Virus record (IMG/VR): IMGVR_UViG_3300029258_005166
Coordinates: 32,001-96,000 of that record
Strand: one strand, 5' to 3'
Source of the DNA: a virus
Length of the DNA stretch: 64,000 nt
Below, one piece after another: positions 9,401-17,556 of the stretch. The position numbers were made by a program, and so were the translations under genes. Under the pieces are notes generated by a model. The model was not told the DNA's origin, ran no database searches, and was given only the letters and a program-made list of their open reading frames with translations. Every line of letters begins with the position of its first letter. Position 1 is the stretch's first letter.

Positions 9401-10343
9401 TAAAAATCCTTTCATTAAGAACATCCTTGATTATACATCCACTAGGATAAATTAGCAATTCCATTTTTGTTCTTGTCAGCCGTTCGCCTGTCTTCTTATC
9501 TTTCAAGGCTGTAATGCTATAATTCACTCCATCAATTTCTTCGATAAATGCCCAATTATATAAATCCCTAATTTCTGGACAATCATCATAAGATAAGACC
9601 CATTGATGTTTCGTATTTTTTAATGAAGTAGCCAAACGATGATGGTCTTCCTCGGTGAAGCCATGTTGATATAAGTCATTGCCTTTCACAAAATACGGTG
9701 GATCGAGATAAATTACAGCATCGTTTTCGGTGTCATCAATAACATCAGCAAAATCCAGGCAAGTGCATCTGTTCTTTCTAATTGAAAGCCCAACCATTTT
9801 TGTATGAAGTTGGTCAATTTTCTTGCAAATATAATCAGGCGACCAACGACAATCAATTGGATACTTAACTTCATCAGTCATACCACGTCCAGCAATATTT
9901 TCTTTTTTTCGCCCACCGAGCGGGCCACCTGACATTGTGCCAAGACCTGAATATGAAATTTGATGGATTGCTAATTTCATAAAACCATATTGAGCGATTT
10001 CTTCGGCAGTTTTGGGTTTTGTTGGATTTTCCGCAGTAAGTTCTGTTTTGAAATCATCAAACTTTTTCACTGATGGCGTGAATTTATTAACCAATTTTTT
10101 CAAAAAGTCAGGATGTTGAATAACGGAAGTCCAAAGGCAGGAAATGCCTAAGTCATTATCATTGATCCATAGTTTCTTAATCAATGTATTATCTTGAAGA
10201 ACTTTCAATCCGATACTGCCACCACCAAAGAAAGGTTCTCGATATTCAAGATTATGTCCGTTTGCAATTGTGTCTAACCGAGCGGCAATTTGATTTCTTA
10301 ATTTACTTTTTCCGCCTGGATACCTAAAAAAGCTCATTGTCAT
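9348..10343 (-). CDS. Dam/D12-class N6-adenine DNA methyltransferase
   Basis: RYPGGKS, EPFFGGGS and YLDPPY motifs; AGGAGA RBS before ATG 10343. Confidence 0.92.
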   Translation of the reverse strand: MTMSFFRYPGGKSKLRNQIAARLDTIANGHNLEYREPFFGGGSIGLKVLQDNTLIKKLWINDNDLGISCLWTSVIQHPDFLKKLVNKFTPSVKKFDDFKTELTAENPTKPKTAEEIAQYGFMKLAIHQISYSGLGTMSGGPLGGRKKENIAGRGMTDEVKYPIDCRWSPDYICKKIDQLHTKMVGLSIRKNRCTCLDFADVIDDTENDAVIYLDPPYFVKGNDLYQHGFTEEDHHRLATSLKNTKHQWVLSYDDCPEIRDLYNWAFIEEIDGVNYSITALKDKKTGERLTRTKMELLIYPSGCIIKDVLNERIFNVSSNEDFSATNCETAI

Positions 10344-10371
10344 GGTTCTCCTAGTTCTTATTATATTTGTT

Positions 10372-12444
10372 TTATACTTCTGTTGCAACGGCAACTTCTA
10401 ATTCCTTAACTGAAAGAAATTGTCCTTTCTCGTTGCGTTGTATTTTTTGCTTTTTCTTACTTTCTGATATTTTCTTACGAGTTTCTTCATTCATTGGCTT
10501 TCCCAGACGGCAATTCCTACGTCCGTTGTATTTTTCATTGATCGCTTTAAATTCTTTTGAGTCCAAAATTTGTTTCGGAATAAATGGATTGACCGAGATT
10601 ATTTCAACTCGACATATTTTACAGATGTTGTTTTTCTCGCCAGTCGTGTCAAAATGCAATTTGATTTCTTTAAGATGAGGACGTAACAAAATTGCTTTGT
10701 CTTCACCGCTCGCTTGTAATACGTCTTTGCAAAGAGTTTCAATGGTCGAAGCCATTTTCAATAAATGTTCTTTGGCACGACGATATTCTGGCACTAAAGA
10801 AACCAGATTCGCTTCTAGCACTTCAATTTCTAGTTGTTTATCCTTGATGAATTGTTTAACATCGGGGTCGTCTGCTATATCACTGAATTTCAAAATCAAT
10901 TTTTGTTTTTCAGATTTTAGATCAGCGATTTTAGATTTTACCGACTGACTGGCTTCATCAAATATTTCTTGATATGTAAGCTCGAAATAATCAGCATTGG
11001 CATCAGTTGCCGTATATTTCCAAGCACGTTTTTGGAAATTCTTGGTCTTTTCTTCGTCGGTTTCGCCAGGAAGGTTTGTCAAAATAAATCGGTACATCTT
11101 CTGGGCGACTTCGCCGCAAAACTCATTGGCATTGGATGACTTCACTTTCTCACAAAGAGCGGTATAACTTTGTCCAAGCCATTTAAGCCAATTGTCGATT
11201 ATTTCATGGATAACATCGGCTTTGACAGCACCACATTTATTACAGCGATAATTTTTTGACGGCTTCCATTTTGTGCTATTGGAGACATAAAGAATATCTT
11301 GACAATTATCACAGAACAAAAAACACTTCGCCCAAAAATCACCTAAATTAGCTCGTCGTAATCGTTTATAATCAGTTTGATTGTCTTTGAGGTATTTGTT
11401 TATTCTATCCCATTGCTCCACCGAAATAATGCGAATGGACGTTCGTTCTTCTTCGGTTAGAGGGACGACAACTATCTCGGTATTCAACCGAGCAGTTTTG
11501 GCTTTCGAGACTTGATTATCAATTGGATAACCCTTGTAGATTGAATTTGTTAATATGCACTTGATCGTCTTGGCACCCCACTGCGAACTCATACTTTTGA
11601 TGTTTTTCGCATTCAAAATACAAGCAATTTCGTGCGAGGTTTTATAGTTTGGAGCATCAGCCAGATCAAAGATTTCTTTTATAATTTTGGCACGTTCGAC
11701 ATTGATGATTTCTGTTTTTCGGTCGCCTTTTTCCATTGACGGGGCAGACGTAAGCAACACCCAATTATGACCATCTTGAACCCATTGATCGTGATATGCT
11801 TCTCGCTTGCCATCTGGTAATTCTTTCCATCGCATCAATGCGTAATTGGCACGACTTCTGGTATTTTTAGGTGGATCAGTCCAGTGTCGTCCCTCACATT
11901 TTTTGTAGCCATCGTAAATGACCTTATATTTGAAGGTTCCTTCACGATTGAACACAATCCAGTCGTATCCATAAGCACACATTTTGCCAGGGCTAGATTT
12001 TTTCTCAATGGTTTTGCGACGGGCAATTTGAGTTCTATATCCTTTCTTTTCTATTTCGGCAGAAGAAGCCAGTTGATTTTGCACTGTTCTCATTGTTGAC
12101 GCAAGATCGTTCATATCAACAATTTGTTCATCATTGGCAGTGATGATTTTTATATCCAACTGCTTCAAAGAGGTGATGAAAAACCCAATTTCGGCAGGAT
12201 TTTTGAAGCCAATTCTATCGTGATCTCGATAAATGACATATTCTGGTTTGGTGGTTTTTAATTTAGAAATTAAATTTTGTGCTTCATCGAGCATGTCCCA
12301 GCGTGGTACGCCATTTAATGTTATTTCATCAATCATTTTCCAACCCATTTTGCTAATAAACGGATCAATTATCATGTCTTGATTAGACAGTTCCATCGGG
12401 TCAGAAACATTGGATTTTCTTCTTATTTTAACACAAGTAGTCAT
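10372..12444 (-). CDS. Large serine recombinase (integrase)
   Basis: N-terminal resolvase motifs RRKS...Q and DRIG; AYGY; recombinase domain IL.N.IYKG; zinc ribbon CDNC/YRC; coiled coil; NUMOD3-like tail. Confidence 0.88.
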   Translation of the reverse strand: MTTCVKIRRKSNVSDPMELSNQDMIIDPFISKMGWKMIDEITLNGVPRWDMLDEAQNLISKLKTTKPEYVIYRDHDRIGFKNPAEIGFFITSLKQLDIKIITANDEQIVDMNDLASTMRTVQNQLASSAEIEKKGYRTQIARRKTIEKKSSPGKMCAYGYDWIVFNREGTFKYKVIYDGYKKCEGRHWTDPPKNTRSRANYALMRWKELPDGKREAYHDQWVQDGHNWVLLTSAPSMEKGDRKTEIINVERAKIIKEIFDLADAPNYKTSHEIACILNAKNIKSMSSQWGAKTIKCILTNSIYKGYPIDNQVSKAKTARLNTEIVVVPLTEEERTSIRIISVEQWDRINKYLKDNQTDYKRLRRANLGDFWAKCFLFCDNCQDILYVSNSTKWKPSKNYRCNKCGAVKADVIHEIIDNWLKWLGQSYTALCEKVKSSNANEFCGEVAQKMYRFILTNLPGETDEEKTKNFQKRAWKYTATDANADYFELTYQEIFDEASQSVKSKIADLKSEKQKLILKFSDIADDPDVKQFIKDKQLEIEVLEANLVSLVPEYRRAKEHLLKMASTIETLCKDVLQASGEDKAILLRPHLKEIKLHFDTTGEKNNICKICRVEIISVNPFIPKQILDSKEFKAINEKYNGRRNCRLGKPMNEETRKKISESKKKQKIQRNEKGQFLSVKELEVAVATEV

Positions 12445-12619
12445 CTCCGAATTTTCCTTTTTGATACCTTATATAGAGTATCATTTACAGAAATTTTCAG
12501 AGAAAATCCGAAAATAATTTGACCTATAAAAGAACAGTCGGAGAAGGCAGAAAGTGTCTAAAAATACCTGATGCGGGAGTGGTTTAGACCAGAAGGGTCA
12601 AGATAGCCGAATAAAACGG

Positions 12620-12748
12620 CTAATTAGAGAAGCAAGGATTGCCCCGACCTAGAACAGTCTGAATGCGAAACTCAACAAGTTCCTTACACTTCTTGCACTT
12701 GGCTATCTTCTGCCCCAGTTGTTTTAGTAGATCTTTTTTCGTCGTCAT
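12620..12748 (-). pseudogene. Displaced original 5' end of the UDG gene
   Basis: Hand translation MTTKKDLLKQLGQKIAKCKKCKELVEFRIQTVLGRGNP|CFSN*, matching the family 4 UDG CxxC..L...R...V.G.GNP start. Confidence 0.85.
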
Positions 12749-13517
12749 ACTTGTAATTTACCTTAAATCCATTTTCTTGGACGAAAAGGAGGGTGTTAAG
12801 CATGGAAGCTGGCATTCCCATGTCGCTCCAAAAACCAGATATGTAGTTTACGCTCATCTTTCCCAATTGGAAATACTCATTGTTGATGTCGGTGATTTCC
12901 AATTCGCCTCTGTCACTGATATTCAAACGATTCGCGATTTCATAGACATGCCGTGTGTAAAGATACAGCCCAGTTACCGCCCAATTCCCCTTAGGCTTTC
13001 TAGGCTTTTCTTCAATGTAATGTCTCTGGCCTGCCACCGTGTATACGCCAAATCGTTCGGGATCGGGAACTTCTTTTACAAAAATCGAGGCAAGCGGCGG
13101 ATCATAGCCACGACGGTGATTGATTTCAAATATATCGAATTGCTTTTTGAAAAGGTCTTCGTAGAAATTGTCGCCCAAAATGACGGCAAAGGGATCGTCT
13201 TGAGTAAAATCTTCTGCCAATTTTAAGGCAGATGCGATGCCTAATTCAACATGTGCAACATCTTGAACCTTGTAGGTAAATCTCGCCCCGAAGTTCCATC
13301 CATCCCCCAGATTTTCGATTATAGATCCGCTGTGTTCCCTACTGGAAATGACAAGAATATCTGTAATACCACTCCGAATCAACGTATTGATCGGATAGAA
13401 AATCATCGGGACGGCTCCATCATTTCCCGAATACAAAGGACACAGATGTTTGTTGGTTGCTAGGGTCGAAGGTCGCATCCTCGTTCCATAGCCACCTGCT
13501 AAAATAACCCCTCTCAT
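12684..13517 (-). CDS. rfbA: Glucose-1-phosphate thymidylyltransferase-like nucleotidyltransferase
   Basis: GVILAGGYGTRMRP, LGDN, EEKP, SDRGELEITD and WSDMG motifs. Confidence 0.9.
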   Translation of the reverse strand: MRGVILAGGYGTRMRPSTLATNKHLCPLYSGNDGAVPMIFYPINTLIRSGITDILVISSREHSGSIIENLGDGWNFGARFTYKVQDVAHVELGIASALKLAEDFTQDDPFAVILGDNFYEDLFKKQFDIFEINHRRGYDPPLASIFVKEVPDPERFGVYTVAGQRHYIEEKPRKPKGNWAVTGLYLYTRHVYEIANRLNISDRGELEITDINNEYFQLGKMSVNYISGFWSDMGMPASMLNTLLFVQENGFKVNYKYDDEKRSTKTTGAEDSQVQEV

Positions 13518-13526
13518 GTTTGCCCC

Positions 13527-14096
13527 CTAATTCAATCTAACGTCAGTTGGAACGTGATTAAGTCCCAATTGTTGCCATTTTTGTCGGCTCAAAGCCATAT
13601 AGCCTTTCTTCCATACGTCAGGTACATACATGCGATCAGGATCGGTGCCAAAGATTATGTCGAACTGGGGAACCTCTTGGGGAAAAACCAACCAACCAAA
13701 ATTGGCAATTTCATTTTCCAATTGTTCTCTGTCCCATTTGGCATAACCTGTTAAAATTCGAAAAGAGTCCTTGGAGATGACAATCTGATTCAATTTGTCG
13801 CTTGTCATGCTCCAATAGAGTCCCGGAAGAACTTCATCTTCGGAAAACTCGGGGCTTTTATGAATCGCATGCATGGGCCCAAATACAGGTCCACCAAAGT
13901 AGATCGAATCTTCCCGTTGACACTTGCAATTGGTATCGAGATCAGACCAGACTTCTTTCAGGGATTGTCCAATTGGCCTATTTAAGATAGCCCCCGTTAC
14001 CAAGTCCTCGTCTTCTCTGAGAATCAGAACTAGGCTACGACGGAACTCGTCGGGCCGCCCAGGAGAGGCAATAAGTAACTGACCAACTCGGCTCAT
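13527..14096 (-). CDS. YqgE/AlgH (DUF179) family protein
   Basis: GQLLIASP, ILNRP, FGGPV and GYAKW...QLENE motifs. Confidence 0.9.
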   Translation of the reverse strand: MSRVGQLLIASPGRPDEFRRSLVLILREDEDLVTGAILNRPIGQSLKEVWSDLDTNCKCQREDSIYFGGPVFGPMHAIHKSPEFSEDEVLPGLYWSMTSDKLNQIVISKDSFRILTGYAKWDREQLENEIANFGWLVFPQEVPQFDIIFGTDPDRMYVPDVWKKGYMALSRQKWQQLGLNHVPTDVRLN

Positions 14097-14145
14097 AGGT
14101 CTTCCTTTCTGACCTATTGTAGCTTAGACTTTGCTTTCTGTAAAG

Positions 14146-14718
14146 TTAGCCCTCTTTGATAATCTGTACTCCCGACATTGGATCTTCGTTCAAAAGTTTC
14201 TCTGTCCCATCTTTGGGGGATGTTGGAACCTCGTTAAGGGGCTGCGGTTCTGTCGGTGGGACTACGTGTTCTACAGTGCCCTCTGCGGTTACTTGATCCG
14301 GTTGATTCAAAATCAGTTTTTCTTCCATTTCCTCTTCCTTTGCTTCATTAAGCGGTTCTAGTTCGGCCTCAGGTTGGGTTTCAGGTCTCGATTCGGATTC
14401 TTCCGGTGGACGAACGGTCTTAACCAAAATGGCCTCGCGATTCCTTACGCACTGCATAAAATAATCGTCCCCGTCCCATTCTCCGCTTCCTGGCACCGTT
14501 GTGCCATCTGAATTGTATACTACAGGGCCAACAACCGTGACCGATTCTCCGGTCAAAACGGAGATACCCGGCTTGGGAAGTTCTAAAGTGGCTTTATTTC
14601 GATTGCGGAATCGATATAAGCCCTTTCCTTGAAGATGATGGTCCATAAGTGCTTTCCTTTCGGCCATCTTCTCATATTTTGTCTTTTTGCGTCTAGACGT
14701 AACGTGTCTTGTTGTCAT
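14146..14718 (-). CDS. Hypothetical protein, possibly prohead core/scaffold-associated
   Basis: Acidic C-terminal half with three L-N-E motifs; start MTTRH inferred. Confidence 0.65.
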   Translation of the reverse strand: MTTRHVTSRRKKTKYEKMAERKALMDHHLQGKGLYRFRNRNKATLELPKPGISVLTGESVTVVGPVVYNSDGTTVPGSGEWDGDDYFMQCVRNREAILVKTVRPPEESESRPETQPEAELEPLNEAKEEEMEEKLILNQPDQVTAEGTVEHVVPPTEPQPLNEVPTSPKDGTEKLLNEDPMSGVQIIKEG

Positions 14719-14828
14719 GCTGACCTCATTTCTAGTTGTTAGTTGTGAATACGAAGCCTCCACAATGGCATTAAAAGAGTGACATTAAGAAAATATCACA
14801 CTCTATTTATTAACCGAGGGTAAAAAAT

Positions 14829-14859
14829 AACCCACTTTCGCCGTAGGCGAAAGTGGGTT
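14829..14859. terminator. Perfect 14-bp hairpin, GTA triloop
   Basis: AACCCACTTTCGCC-GTA-GGCGAAAGTGGGTT with A/T runs on both sides. Confidence 0.75.
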
Positions 14860-14902
14860 TTTTCGATCCGTTCGGAAAGGAGGTTTAACACCTTACGGTG
14901 CT

Positions 14903-15676
14903 TTATTTTTTCCTGCCCATAATCTGAGCATCAAGATCGGTTGTTGCTTTTCTTGGATTCATCCAAAACTTTGGATATTGGGCACTGAAGTAAGCGGGCG
15001 GATAATTGGCACTCCAACCAGTACGAGCCCGTTGTTCTTCAGTCGCTTCCTCTCCCTTCGGGGAATCTGTTTCTTCACCTTGAGGAACATCTGCGGGTTC
15101 AGCGGCAGGTTCTTCACCGATTCTGGTTTGCGGTGCGAATCCGGGTTCACCCGGTTTTGGACCGATACCATCCCAGAATCTTTCATTTGGGTCAGCATTA
15201 ACCATACGATTTACGCTGGTCCACCAGCCTTTTTCCTCATCTGTTAAAGTGGATTCCTTTTTCATCCCTTTGCCACAATTTTTGCCGGAACACTTCTTCT
15301 TGAACTTGGGCTCAAGATCTTCGTCTTCGTCGCCATTGCCGAGTTTCTTCTTCAGCTTAATCTTGATGTCCTCTTCACCCTCGTCTTCTTCTTCCTCGGG
15401 CTCTTCTTCCTCGGGCTCTTCAACATCAACATCGGGCTTCTCTTCAACATCAATGTCTTCTTCATCTTCTTCTTCGGGCTCGGGTTCGGGCTCTACGTCA
15501 GCAAGCATTTTTTTCTTGCCTTTCTTCTTTTTGGCCTCTTCCAGGGCTTCATCCTCTTCCAGTTCAGGATGGGAACCCATAACACCCAGCGAATTGGGAG
15601 TGCGAAGACCGAGGGGTGTAGGCCCTGCGGCTAGAAAGGATTCGTTGTAAAGTTTGTAATCTTTATAGGATAGCAT
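14903..15676 (-). CDS. Acidic/lysine-block putative prohead core or internal protein
   Basis: Starts MLSYKDYKLYNE; long E/D tracts. Confidence 0.7.
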   Translation of the reverse strand: MLSYKDYKLYNESFLAAGPTPLGLRTPNSLGVMGSHPELEEDEALEEAKKKKGKKKMLADVEPEPEPEEEDEEDIDVEEKPDVDVEEPEEEEPEEEEDEGEEDIKIKLKKKLGNGDEDEDLEPKFKKKCSGKNCGKGMKKESTLTDEEKGWWTSVNRMVNADPNERFWDGIGPKPGEPGFAPQTRIGEEPAAEPADVPQGEETDSPKGEEATEEQRARTGWSANYPPAYFSAQYPKFWMNPRKATTDLDAQIMGRKK

Positions 15677-15728
15677 TGATCTACCTCACTTAAGTTGTCG
15701 CGATAACTAATTTATATAGGAGGTTGCC

Positions 15729-16565
15729 ATGAAAAAATGGACAATTTTACTACTAGCGTTATTGCTCCTGGTCCTCTGGATCAAAAAGACCCGAAATACC
15801 GGACCTCGGTATATATCCGAGGGAGAGATCGTCCAACCGGGCGAAATCAGCCCGATTCCTCCGGGAGTAGTTATCCCGGTTGTAAAGGAAATCAATGAGC
15901 GAAATTGGCAAATTCAGAGTGTTATATTCAGGGAAATCAAGCTTCGTTTCAAAGAAGGTGTGTTTAGTATTGGACTGCATGGCGATATGTTTTACGAGAA
16001 ATCCAGGAATTTTCAAGCTGAACTTAGATCGGTTTTTGGAAAGGAACTGGAACTGGGTTCCAATGACACTTACTTTTGGTTTTGGTCCCGAAGAATGGAG
16101 CCTCCCGCGATCTTCTATTGCCGACATGATGAGATGCACAAATCTAGACTACGGACTCCTTTTAATCCCGTCTGGATTATTGAATCTCTTGGTTTAGGAG
16201 AGATTTCAACACAGGACGCTCAGGTAGAAATGATGGGCAAATATTGTAAGATTGTCCAAATGAGGAGAAGCACACTGGGAAAAATGGTCAAGAAAACGAC
16301 CTTAATCGATTGCCAGAAAAAGGCCATCATTGGTCATTACATTCACGACAACAATCAACTAATTGTGAGTAGTGAAGTTGAAGAGTTTTCCCATCTAGAT
16401 GGATTTATGATTCCGAAGAAAGTTTGTGTTATTTGGCATGAAGAAAAAGTCGTTCTTCACTGGGATTTTCTGGAACCGGCATACATCAAGACAGGAAGTC
16501 CGCGTCTTAACATCGATTGGAAAATGCCTCGCGGAAAATTGATGATCGACATGGCTACTTATTGA
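15729..16565 (+). CDS. Membrane-anchored protein resembling planctomycete hypothetical proteins
   Basis: N-terminal hydrophobic anchor; LGSND.YFWFW..R.EPPA..YCRH motif, recalled rather than searched. Confidence 0.6.
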   Translation: MKKWTILLLALLLLVLWIKKTRNTGPRYISEGEIVQPGEISPIPPGVVIPVVKEINERNWQIQSVIFREIKLRFKEGVFSIGLHGDMFYEKSRNFQAELRSVFGKELELGSNDTYFWFWSRRMEPPAIFYCRHDEMHKSRLRTPFNPVWIIESLGLGEISTQDAQVEMMGKYCKIVQMRRSTLGKMVKKTTLIDCQKKAIIGHYIHDNNQLIVSSEVEEFSHLDGFMIPKKVCVIWHEEKVVLHWDFLEPAYIKTGSPRLNIDWKMPRGKLMIDMATY

Positions 16566-16770
16566 GCTTTCGTCTGGCGATCTGGGCTCTTCGCTTTCGT
16601 TCGATAGTTATCCGACTATCCTGTCTCTCGCTATTGGCCGATTTAAGAGCCTTCAACTGTTGCCGTCTCGATGGCACTCGATTGATTCCCCCTTTCGCAG
16701 GCCGTGGTCCAATTGTGGGTCTACGACCATGTCTGCGACCACTTCCACATCCACATCCTGGCATTTGCAC
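16555..16770 (-). CDS. Small Arg-rich GCGC peptide
   Basis: MPGCGCGSGRRHGRR...; GAGG RBS. Confidence 0.6.
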   Translation of the reverse strand: MQMPGCGCGSGRRHGRRPTIGPRPAKGGINRVPSRRQQLKALKSANSERQDSRITIERKRRAQIARRKLNK

Positions 16771-16771
16771 C

Positions 16772-16900
16772 TCACAAGATTTTGGTTTCTTTGTGTTTAA
16801 CTAATTTTCGCTGCGTGTTCCGGTTCTTTTTTAGACTACGACGCTTCACAAGACCTGAACGACCGCCCTTTTTTCCGCCGCCTCTACATCCACAACCCAT
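16772..16900 (-). CDS. Small basic MGCGC peptide, not in the ORF track
   Basis: MGCGCRGGGKKGGRSGLVKRRSLKK...KIL*, 42 aa; TAATG overlap with the sigma gene stop. Confidence 0.6.
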   Translation of the reverse strand: MGCGCRGGGKKGGRSGLVKRRSLKKNRNTQRKLVKHKETKIL

Positions 16901-17556
16901 TATTTTTCTAAGCCTCCCTTTTTCAGCCGTCGAAGTAGGTCTTTCTTTGCTTGGTGAATCGCTCTTTTGACCGTTCCTATAGGAAGATCTTCTTCTTGAG
17001 CAATCTCACTAATTTTCATTCCATCGAAATATTGCTTCATCAAGAATCTAGTTCGTCTTTCACTATATCCTCCCTCTGCAAGCATTGCCTGCAAAGCTCG
17101 ATACATGAGTTCTTTGTGTTCATGTTCTGAAGCCAAAGTGGTTGGATCATCTTTCGAAGAGATGCTCGGAAGACCAAATCCGACTTTACCCATTTTCTTA
17201 GGGCTCATTTTTAAGACGGTTTCCCCCGGATCAGAAACGGTAGATATTTTTTGTCTACGGTAATAGTTGGCCATCGTATTGCGAATGACCGACCAGATCC
17301 AATTTTGAAAATTCTTGGGAGGGGCCTTTTCCATTGCTTGGATTATTCTTTGAATAACCTCTTGTGTAATATCTTCAGCATCTTGTTGGTTCTTGCTTTT
17401 TCGTAGAATAGCTGAAAAGATTTTTCTCTCCCACCTTGCTAGAAGATTCGCAAGTGCAGACCGGTCCCCTTCTTTTGCGGCAGCTACAAGAACTTGGTCC
17501 TCTGTATCTTCCGAAAATAGCGGGTCATCATTTAACCAGTCTCGAAAATCCATCAT
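16900..17556 (-). CDS. ECF-type sigma-70 factor with CTS-like N-terminus
   Basis: DAEDITQE, F.NWI..V.RN (region 2) and EIA....PIGTVK (region 4); starts MMDFRDWLNDD. Confidence 0.88.
   Translation of the reverse strand: MMDFRDWLNDDPLFSEDTEDQVLVAAAKEGDRSALANLLARWERKIFSAILRKSKNQQDAEDITQEVIQRIIQAMEKAPPKNFQNWIWSVIRNTMANYYRRQKISTVSDPGETVLKMSPKKMGKVGFGLPSISSKDDPTTLASEHEHKELMYRALQAMLAEGGYSERRTRFLMKQYFDGMKISEIAQEEDLPIGTVKRAIHQAKKDLLRRLKKGGLEK

Larger units (their letters stand above)
8381..12640 (-). mobile_element. Large-serine-recombinase integrative element carrying a methylase and a putative nuclease, inserted in the UDG gene
   Basis: GGATT core repeated at 8381-8385 and 12636-12640; removing the element restores UDG in frame; the rejoined ends form an inverted repeat around AA; region looks more AT-rich than its flanks. 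Confidence 0.85.

Noticed and set aside
15249-15650. Ser-rich + strand ORF
   Set aside because: It is antisense to the Glu-rich gene.
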